Assembly (NCBI GenBank): GCA_963704755.1
Contig: OY969938.1
Location: 3,870,001-3,902,000, forward strand
Direction of reading: 5' to 3'
Source of the DNA: an uncultured Chloroflexia bacterium
GTDB lineage: Bacteria; Chloroflexota; Anaerolineae; Anaerolineales; Anaerolineaceae
DNA length: 32,000 nucleotides
A model generated the notes under the pieces. The model worked only from the letters and a program-made list of their open reading frames with translations, was not told the DNA's origin and searched no databases. Both the position numbers and the translations under genes were made by a program. Each line of letters opens with the position of its first letter. The stretch's first letter is position 1. Positions 25,845-32,000 of this stretch are shown in pieces.

Positions 25845-27233
25845 TTAGGGCTTGTTCTCGTTATAGAAGGTCGAAATTGCGTCCAACATCTGGGTCGGAG
25901 TAGTGGTGCCGTTGATCAGGTCTTGAACGTCACTGACCAGAGCGTCGTACAGACCGGCGGCCGGCCAATCCGGATAGAAAGCCGCTCCTGGAGAAAACGT
26001 GTTGAAGGCCGTGACCAGTTCCTGGATCTTGGGATCGGTGATCTGGCTGGGGTCTGCGTTCACCGGCAGGCCGCCTTGAGCGCCCAGGATATTCTGGATA
26101 TCCTTGCCCATGGTAATATCGATCCAATCGTAGGCCAGGTCTTTGTTCTTGGAGTTGGAGGGGATTACCCACAGGTTTCCGCCGGAGCCGGGGTTGTAGG
26201 TGTTGCCGGGGAAGAGGAAAATGCCCCAGTCAAAACCGGTGATTTCGCTGATGAAGCGGCTGTACCACCAGCTTCCCGAAATCATCATGGGATATTTGCC
26301 GCATTCAAAGCCCAGGCCCATGTCTTCTGCGCCCATCGAGGTGCTGTTTTTCTCGATGTAGCCCTTGCTGACCCAATCGGCCATTGTTTGAGCGCCAAAA
26401 GTCCAGGCGGCATCATGGAAATCGGTCGGGGCCTTGTATAACTGGTAGTCATCGATCAAGCTCTGATCGGCCTGGCTGAGGACCAATTCGTAAAAAACTT
26501 GTTGAGCGGGGTATTCGCTTGCGCCGGTAGCAATGGGAACCAGACCAGCGGCGACAAATTTGTCCATGGCGGTTTCAAGTTCATCTAGGGTGGTGGGTAT
26601 TTCGACACCGTATTGTTTGAACAGGTCTTTATTGTAATAAACCATCACGAACTCGCCGTAATTAGTTACGCCGTACCAGGGACCCGATCCCATTACACCG
26701 TTTTCATAGCGAGATGTGGTTTGCATCCCCCCGGTGAGGATCTTGTCCCAGCCACGCTTGGTGACTTCGTCGGTCATGTCGGTCAGCAGGCCTTGCTGAG
26801 AGAGCAATCCGGCAGTGGCGTTGCCTTTATTGTATTCCATGACGTCCGGTGCTTCGTCAGAGTTCAGGATCATGCTGGCCGTCTGGCGAATTTGTTCGAA
26901 GCCGCGGGTGTTATCCAAATTGACCGTCACGCCGGGGTGAGTGGCTTCGAATTCGGTTTTGGCAGCGGCCCAGGCCTGGCCCATCGCGCCGGTGTCCGAT
27001 TCATAATGCCATACATTCAGCACGCGCTGTTCGGCCGGTTGGGTTTCTGCCGGCTGCGTTTCTGCCGGCATCGTGGCTGCAGCTACCGTTGTATCGGTCG
27101 GCTGGCTGGGAGCAGTAGTGGGGGCAGTGGTAGGGGCTGGTTGGGTAGTGGCTGTGGCTCCACAAGCAGCCGCGGTTAAGAGCATCGCTGTTGCCATCAC
27201 GATAGAAAACAACTTAATGGTTTTATTGGACAT
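25845..27233 (-). CDS. ABC transporter extracellular sugar-binding lipoprotein
   Basis: Start at ATG 27233 ('MSNKTIKLFSIVMATAMLLTAAACG', signal peptide plus lipobox) with an AAGGAG SD; the track start at 27326 adds 31 implausible residues. T/P/A/E-rich linker ('PAETQPAETQPAE'), then a family-1 solute-binding fold. Confidence 0.9.
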   Translation of the reverse strand: MSNKTIKLFSIVMATAMLLTAAACGATATTQPAPTTAPTTAPSQPTDTTVAAATMPAETQPAETQPAEQRVLNVWHYESDTGAMGQAWAAAKTEFEATHPGVTVNLDNTRGFEQIRQTASMILNSDEAPDVMEYNKGNATAGLLSQQGLLTDMTDEVTKRGWDKILTGGMQTTSRYENGVMGSGPWYGVTNYGEFVMVYYNKDLFKQYGVEIPTTLDELETAMDKFVAAGLVPIATGASEYPAQQVFYELVLSQADQSLIDDYQLYKAPTDFHDAAWTFGAQTMADWVSKGYIEKNSTSMGAEDMGLGFECGKYPMMISGSWWYSRFISEITGFDWGIFLFPGNTYNPGSGGNLWVIPSNSKNKDLAYDWIDITMGKDIQNILGAQGGLPVNADPSQITDPKIQELVTAFNTFSPGAAFYPDWPAAGLYDALVSDVQDLINGTTTPTQMLDAISTFYNENKP

Positions 27234-27468
27234 CCCTATTCTCCTTTTGAGATTTAGAAAGACGATAGGACAAGAACGGTCGAACGGCGAACGTTGTTTG
27301 GGGTTATTGCACCTCCTTTCGAGCATCGATCAGGAAACGAGGTTATTATCGAATGGGAATGTACCGGGTTGAATGGGAAACAAGCAATGCAATAGCCAAC
27401 CGTAGCGCTTAGGAATCCGCTACAGATTTGCTGTTATATTCGGTTCAGGTCTGGTAGAAAGAGAGGCG

Positions 27469-28494
27469 TTAGTTCAGATTGCGAGGCCGGCAGGGACCCG
27501 TACTGCCGCGGATAATCAGTTGGCAAGGTACCAATACTTGTTGCACAACCCTGTCGTGGTCTTCCAGCTTGCGGATCAATAATTCGACACCCATACGACC
27601 CAATTCTGAGCTGGGCGAATCGCTGGTCGTCAGGTGAGGAATGACCATCTCGGCGATCCGTTCCGATGAGACGAGCACCACCAGAGAAAAATCGTCCGGG
27701 ATTTTAAATCCCCGGTCGGATATGGCTTGCAGGATGCCTGGAATGGCCCGTTCGTTCATGGCCACCAGGGCAGTCATGTCTGGACAGATCTGGAATAACT
27801 CGTTCGTGGCTTCGTATCCGGCCGTAGGATTGGTACGGCAGAATTGTGTGACCCCATATAGCCCCCGTTCTTGCATGGTAGCCTCGAAGCTGGTTTGTGT
27901 CCGCAGCACCGGCCCGTAGCCTTCATCGTAGGCCTGCCTGGTCTGGTTCAAGAGCCCGATTTTGCGATGGCCCAGCCCTGCCAGGTAATCGACTACGACC
28001 CGGACCGTTTCCTCGAAATCGATGTCTGTATAATCAATCCCTTCAGTGTCGGCGCAACGGCCGATCAGGCTGAAAGGGATGTTCATCTCGCGAAGTAGCT
28101 CCACCCGTTTATCGTGCAGATTCACTTCCATGACCACAACGCCATCCACTAACCCCTGCTGAATCAATTCGCGCAATTCCTGGGTGTGCATAAGCGACGA
28201 CCACAGGACCAGGTTGTAGCCATTTTCGCGGGCGGCTTCCGTCGCATTGGTAACGAATTCCAATTCAGTTATCCCCAGGCCGCGGTCGATGGCCGGAAAA
28301 AGGAGGGCGATGATATGGCTGTGTTTAGAAGCCAGTCCACGTGCCAGGGCATGCGGTTTATAACCCAACTCTTCCATCGCAGTAAAAATCTTCTGCCGAG
28401 TTTCGTCCGAAATTGGCCGGGTACCATTGAGCGCGTACGAGACGGTACTCAAGGCGACGCCGGCTCGTTTTGCTACATCAGACATTTTTGACAC
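27469..28494 (-). CDS. LacI-family transcriptional regulator
   Basis: N-terminal HTH 'MSDVAKRAGVALSTVSYALNGTRPISDETRQKI' followed by a periplasmic-binding-protein-like domain. GTG start with GAGGAAA upstream. Confidence 0.9.
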   Translation of the reverse strand: MSKMSDVAKRAGVALSTVSYALNGTRPISDETRQKIFTAMEELGYKPHALARGLASKHSHIIALLFPAIDRGLGITELEFVTNATEAARENGYNLVLWSSLMHTQELRELIQQGLVDGVVVMEVNLHDKRVELLREMNIPFSLIGRCADTEGIDYTDIDFEETVRVVVDYLAGLGHRKIGLLNQTRQAYDEGYGPVLRTQTSFEATMQERGLYGVTQFCRTNPTAGYEATNELFQICPDMTALVAMNERAIPGILQAISDRGFKIPDDFSLVVLVSSERIAEMVIPHLTTSDSPSSELGRMGVELLIRKLEDHDRVVQQVLVPCQLIIRGSTGPCRPRNLN

Positions 28495-28526
28495 AGGTTT
28501 CCTCGATGGTGGGGAGATTGAAATCG

Positions 28527-28553
28527 TCGAAGCGCTTAGTCGAAGCGTTTCGA
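28527..28553. promoter_or_regulatory. Two adjacent LacI-type operator-like 14-mers centred on CG
   Basis: TCGAAGCGCTTAGT (28527-28540, core palindrome AAGCGCTT) and TCGAAGCGTTTCGA (28540-28553, 12 of 14 symmetric). They lie 33-59 nt upstream of the lacI-family start. Confidence 0.35.
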
Positions 28554-28630
28554 CTACAATTTAGCACGGAGAAAATGCTTTGTCAAGCAGTTTCGCGAAA
28601 ATTGTTGAAACCGCTCTCAGATTCGCTAAG

Positions 28631-28681
28631 GAAATCCATATATTTTGCCAGGGCAAAGCCCTGGCAAAATATATGGATTTC
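28631..28681. repeat. Perfect 24-bp-arm palindrome with an AAA loop
   Basis: GAAATCCATATATTTTGCCAGGGC-AAA-GCCCTGGCAAAATATATGGATTTC. Confidence 0.9.
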
Positions 28682-28731
28682 TCAAGAAAAGAGGTTGTCT
28701 TATTTAGATTTGCCTGCTTCCAGGCAAATGC

Positions 28732-28812
28732 AAGAATCCCCCAACCCCCTTTTAGAAGGGGGCAAGAAACAAAAGAATCCCCCAACCCCCGTTTAGAAGG
28801 GGGCAAGAAACA
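28732..28812. repeat. Tandem 2 x 41 bp repeat, each copy with a CCCCC(T/G)TTTAGAAGGGGG hairpin
   Basis: AAGAATCCCCCAACCCCC(T/G)TTTAGAAGGGGGCAAGAAACA at 28732 and 28773. Preceded by the hairpin TTTGCCTG-CTTC-CAGGCAAA (28709-28728). Confidence 0.9.
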
Positions 28813-28894
28813 GCCTCAACAAGGGGGAGCGAAGGAGGAATTCTTTGCGTTTGCCAAGACAGATCCGCGAAAGTAGGGAGCGCATTAAACCAAA

Positions 28895-28922
28895 CAGGGC
28901 GAAGAATGTCTTCTTCGCCCTG
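28895..28922 (-). terminator. Intrinsic terminator downstream of the MFS gene
   Basis: CAGGGCGAAGAA-TGTC-TTCTTCGCCCTG (12-bp stem). T-rich tracts follow on both strands (TTTTG on plus, TTTGGTTT on minus). Confidence 0.6.
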
Positions 28923-28960
28923 TTTTGAATAATCGATAAAATAGCGGTTTTTTATCCTTG

Positions 28961-30208
28961 CTATTCGGCGTTGATGTCCGGGGCTAATTGCTCTGGACGA
29001 GCGCCGGCCATGGGTGATTCGTGCAGCGCCAGGATCAAAAAAGCACACACGATCATCAGCACGACAAAGATCGAGAGCGAAAGTGTGAATGAACCATCCG
29101 CGCCTTTGATCGCATCCATGGCATAGATAAAAACTACCGAAATTTGCCCGGCCAGGTTGAGCAGCCCATTGGAGGTGCCTTCCGGGGCCGGGTAAGTAAT
29201 TTCGGCCGCGTATTGGAAGCCAATCGGCGCCAGGCTCATCAGGAAGAAACCCAGGAAGAAGAACGACAGGATCGACAGCCAGTACTGGCCGGCAAAAGTT
29301 ACCCCAATCATACCCGGGATGGCCAGGACCATGCCCAGCAGAAGGAAGTTCTTGCGCTGCTGGAGTTTATCCGAGAAAGCCGGGACAACAATCGCCCCGA
29401 TGATTCCGCCAAGCAGCATCACGCCGCCCAGATCACCTGCCTGGGTGGGGTTGAAACCGCGCGGGCGGACAATATTTTCGATCCAGGTGGAGACGCCGTT
29501 GAAAATACCCAGCCCGATCAGGAAGAGGAACAGCAAGACCCAAATATCGCGCATGGCGAGCATCGACTTGAGCCCATCCAGGACCAGCGCTCGTGATTCC
29601 TGGCCGGGAGGGCAGGGGGGTGTGGGCGGTTCCTCGCGAGTTAACAGCAAAAAGGCCACGGCTGACACAGCCGCGGCGATGCCAAAGATGAGCTGCATGG
29701 TGGGAATGCCGTAGGTCAATGCCAGCATGGGCGCGGTCACCTGGCCGATGCCGATGCCGAGGAACCCGGCCACCAGGGCCAACCCGGACGCGGTGGCGCG
29801 TTCGTCCAGGGGGAACCATTTGGCGGCCACGGTGGTGACGGCGTTTAGCATGAAAGGCTGTGCTATGGCGACGCCGATGGTCGCGATCAGCACCCAGGTG
29901 TAATCGGCGGCCAGAAAGCCACGCAACAGGCCAAATACGCCCAGCAGGATCGCGCCGATATTGACCGCTTTACGGTAACCCATGGTATCGATCATCCACG
30001 AGATCGGGATGGATAGCGGTACGTATACGATCATGAAGGTCATCGCCAGCAGGCCAATCTGCAGATCGCTGACGCCGTAATAGCTGGCGGCCAGCCCGCT
30101 GATCGGCGCGTAGCAGATCCATAGGACCTGGATGGTCAGGTTGATGAACATGAAAACTGCCAGAATTACCCAGCGATATGGATAAACTTGATAAGTGCGT
30201 TCGGCCAT
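28961..30208 (-). CDS. MFS transporter (12 TM), substrate unknown
   Basis: 415 aa, highly hydrophobic, with two six-helix halves separated by a loop 'TREEPPTPPCPPGQESR'. Confidence 0.85.
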   Translation of the reverse strand: MAERTYQVYPYRWVILAVFMFINLTIQVLWICYAPISGLAASYYGVSDLQIGLLAMTFMIVYVPLSIPISWMIDTMGYRKAVNIGAILLGVFGLLRGFLAADYTWVLIATIGVAIAQPFMLNAVTTVAAKWFPLDERATASGLALVAGFLGIGIGQVTAPMLALTYGIPTMQLIFGIAAAVSAVAFLLLTREEPPTPPCPPGQESRALVLDGLKSMLAMRDIWVLLFLFLIGLGIFNGVSTWIENIVRPRGFNPTQAGDLGGVMLLGGIIGAIVVPAFSDKLQQRKNFLLLGMVLAIPGMIGVTFAGQYWLSILSFFFLGFFLMSLAPIGFQYAAEITYPAPEGTSNGLLNLAGQISVVFIYAMDAIKGADGSFTLSLSIFVVLMIVCAFLILALHESPMAGARPEQLAPDINAE

Positions 30209-30302
30209 GAAACGGTCTCCTTTTCCTGTATTAAACCCTGGGAAAGCTAAAAAGTTGTCGCAATTATAGCTGGAAAAGACCTGTTTGCCCTCTTTTCGTG
30301 GT

Positions 30303-30355
30303 TTTTACGAGGGAGTTTTTATAGGGCGAAGCCCTATAAAAACTCCCTCGTAAAA
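30303..30355. repeat. Perfect 25-bp-arm palindrome with a GAA loop, inside a divergent promoter region
   Basis: TTTTACGAGGGAGTTTTTATAGGGC-GAA-GCCCTATAAAAACTCCCTCGTAAAA. Ends 4 nt before the putative -35 of the ROK regulator gene. Confidence 0.9.
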
Positions 30356-30359
30356 CTGC

Positions 30360-30388
30360 TTGACTCTGGCCGCCAGGCGATGTATCAT
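30360..30388 (+). promoter_or_regulatory. Candidate sigma70-type promoter for the ROK regulator/xylA unit (TTGACT, 17 nt, TATCAT)
   Basis: TTGACT at 30360-30365 and TATCAT at 30383-30388. Confidence 0.45.
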
Positions 30389-30395
30389 GAATTTA

Positions 30396-30416
30396 TTAGT
30401 TAATATAACTAACTAA
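30396..30416 (+). promoter_or_regulatory. Inverted repeat TTAGTT-N5-AACTAA (plus an overlapping second AACTAA); candidate repressor operator
   Basis: Lies immediately downstream of the putative -10. From memory, the outer half-sites resemble those of Firmicute XylR operators, but the spacing here is shorter. Confidence 0.4.
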
Positions 30417-30435
30417 ATCCCGGACTAGCTATCTC

Positions 30436-31665
30436 ATGAACAGTCTTCGAAACGCAGTCGATCATACACGCATGCGGGAGATGAACCTGGTGCTTCTGCT
30501 GGGCTGTTTGCGCGACCATCCCTCGCTCTCGCGGGCCGGGCTGGCCGAAATGACCGGCTTGACCAAGCCGACCGTCTCCAGCCTGGTCAAGGAATTGATC
30601 GAACAGGGCTTTGTACGCGAGGTTGGGCTAGAATCGGGACCGGTAGGGCGGCCGTCGATTTCGCTGGAGCTGGATCCGCAGGCCGGCTACATCCTGGGAG
30701 CGGAAATTGGGGTGGACTTTATTTCCGTGATCCTGACCAATTTCTCCGCCGATATCCTCTGGCACAGGCGAGAAGCCACCGATCCGGCGGCAAGTCAGGA
30801 AGCCGTTCTGACCCAGGCCGGTAAACTCATTTTGACCGGGGCGGAACAGGCGCCGGCCGGCAGCCGCATCCTGGGGCTGGGCCTGGGTGTGCCGGGCCTG
30901 GTCGATGAGGAAAAAGGTGACCTGCTTTTTGCCCCTAACCTGGGCTGGCGCGACCTGCCTTTGCGCAGCCTGCTCGAGGCCCGTTTTCCCTTCCCGGTGG
31001 TTGTGGACAACGAAGCCAATCTGGCGGCCCTGGGAGAGAGTATTTTCGGCGCGGCCCGGTTGGCAAGCTATGTTTTGTTCGTCTCGGCCGGGGTGGGCCT
31101 GGGCGGTGGGGTAGTTCTGGATGGGCAGGTGTTAAAGGGCGCCAACGGCTTCAGCGGTGAGTTTGGCCACATGACCATCGACCCGCAGGGGCTGCGCTGT
31201 AACTGTGGTAACACCGGCTGCTGGGAGACGCTGGTCAGCCAGTGGGCAGTTTTCCGGCGGATCGAGCAGGCAATCGCGGCCGGGGAACCTTCCTCATTGA
31301 GCGGCCTGTCCGCGGCCGGGCCGGAGCGTCTCACGGTCGAACGGGTGATCGAGGCGGCCCATACCGGCGATGCGGTGGTGTTGCACGCGCTGGAGGAGAC
31401 CGGGCGCTACCTGGGCATCGGCCTGGCCAATCTGATCAATGCGTTCAACCCCGAAATGGTTGTGTTTGGCGGCGCTTTGAGTGCTGCATACGATACCCTG
31501 CTGCCTTCCATCCGCAGGGAGATCGAAGCCCGGGCCTTGCACTGGTCGGCCCGCGGCGTGAACGTCGTGTCGGCCCGCTACGGCAAAGATGCCTGTCCGG
31601 TGGGCGGCGTGGCCAGTGTTTATCAGCGTATTTTGTCCAATCCGGTACTTAAATCCAAACCCTGA
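30436..31665 (+). CDS. xylR: ROK-family transcriptional repressor (XylR/NagC-like: N-terminal wHTH plus sugar-kinase-like domain)
   Basis: 'SRAGLAEMTGLTKPTVSSLVKELIEQGFV' HTH and the ROK zinc motif 'GHMTIDPQGLRCNCGNTGCWE'. The gene symbol is by context only, because xylA lies directly downstream. Confidence 0.8.
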   Translation: MNSLRNAVDHTRMREMNLVLLLGCLRDHPSLSRAGLAEMTGLTKPTVSSLVKELIEQGFVREVGLESGPVGRPSISLELDPQAGYILGAEIGVDFISVILTNFSADILWHRREATDPAASQEAVLTQAGKLILTGAEQAPAGSRILGLGLGVPGLVDEEKGDLLFAPNLGWRDLPLRSLLEARFPFPVVVDNEANLAALGESIFGAARLASYVLFVSAGVGLGGGVVLDGQVLKGANGFSGEFGHMTIDPQGLRCNCGNTGCWETLVSQWAVFRRIEQAIAAGEPSSLSGLSAAGPERLTVERVIEAAHTGDAVVLHALEETGRYLGIGLANLINAFNPEMVVFGGALSAAYDTLLPSIRREIEARALHWSARGVNVVSARYGKDACPVGGVASVYQRILSNPVLKSKP

Positions 31666-31725
31666 GATCGACCTGAACCAGGGCAGGGAAATTCAAGATT
31701 TTCAGCCAGAATCAGGAGAATAAAA

Positions 31726-32000
31726 ATGGACCCGTATCAACCCAAACCCGAGCATAAATTCACTTTCGGTTTATGGACGATTGGCAACACTGGCCGCGAT
31801 CCATTCGGCGACCCGGTACGTGAACAGCTCAGCCCGGCCGAAATTGTCCATATCGCCGCCGATGCCGGGGCGTATGGAGTCAATTTCCACGACAATGACC
31901 TGGTACCGATCGATGCCAGTCCCTCGGAAAAGGCCCAAATTGTCAAAGAGTTCAAGCAAGCCCTGGCGGATACCGGCCTGGTAGTGCCGATGGCCACCAC
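31726..32000 (+). CDS. xylA: Xylose isomerase, class I (short type); 5' part, with the gene running off the window
   Basis: My own translation from ATG 31726 (CAGGAGAA SD) gives [92 protein letters not shown]. This matches the 'FTFGLWTVG..GRDPFG' N-terminus of actinobacterial/Thermus-type XylA. It is absent from the ORF track because no stop falls within the window. Confidence 0.9.
   Translation, partial: MDPYQPKPEHKFTFGLWTIGNTGRDPFGDPVREQLSPAEIVHIAADAGAYGVNFHDNDLVPIDASPSEKAQIVKEFKQALADTGLVVPMAT

Noticed and set aside
27040-27080. A short DNA tandem repeat (GTTTCTGCCGGCTGC x2) inside the binding-protein gene.
   Set aside because: It encodes the PAETQPAETQ part of a low-complexity linker after the lipoprotein signal. 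This is a common and unremarkable feature.
25057-27372. Alternative-frame and antisense ORFs within the permease and binding-protein genes (25057..25635-, 25207..25470+, 25923..26441+, 26613..27179+, 27073..27372+).
   Set aside because: They overlap strongly supported ABC transporter genes and show GC-biased low-complexity translations.
28470-29048. ORFs of 81-108 aa on both strands across the LacI-MFS spacer (28470..28796+, 28580..28876+, 28561..28806-, 28752..29048-).
   Set aside because: They run through palindromes and tandem repeats and give mirror-image peptides on the two strands. None has a ribosome-binding site or a recognisable motif.

Overview
This looks like a chromosomal window from a moderately GC-rich bacterium. 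Spot counts give about 55-60% GC in housekeeping genes. I cannot assign a taxon from sequence alone. The window splits into two parts.

(A) Positions 1 to about 11,500 are a compositionally mosaic accessory region that abuts the 3' end of a tRNA-Ser(CGA) gene. It carries:
- a MalT/LuxR STAND-type regulator;
- a GC-rich two-gene patch (a DHFR-family protein and an alpha/beta hydrolase);
- a TetR regulator followed by a Tat-exported FAD reductase and a membrane-anchored five-haem NapC/NirT-type cytochrome. I read this as a candidate extracytoplasmic respiratory reductase of unknown substrate;
- a very AT-rich (about 30-35% GC) divergent pair, an MDR oxidoreductase and a TetR regulator.

The tRNA is followed by three tandem 68-bp pseudo-copies of its own 3' half. 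No integrase is visible in the window.

(B) Positions 11,900 to 32,000 are core-like:
- an RNase D (frameshifted), beta-CASP RNase and tRNA cluster;
- an OmpR/histidine-kinase pair;
- a hypothetical membrane protein;
- rho translationally coupled to a LysM/M23 peptidase;
- decayed regulator and epimerase fragments;
- an alpha-xyloside/xylose locus: LacI, ABC transporter, GH31, MFS, ROK XylR-like regulator, and the 5' part of class I xylA.

The intergenic spacers in part B hold unusually long perfect palindromes (21-25 bp arms), a 2 x 105 bp tandem duplication and a 2 x 41 bp repeat. I saw no CRISPR array, rRNA, intact transposase or recognisable defence system.
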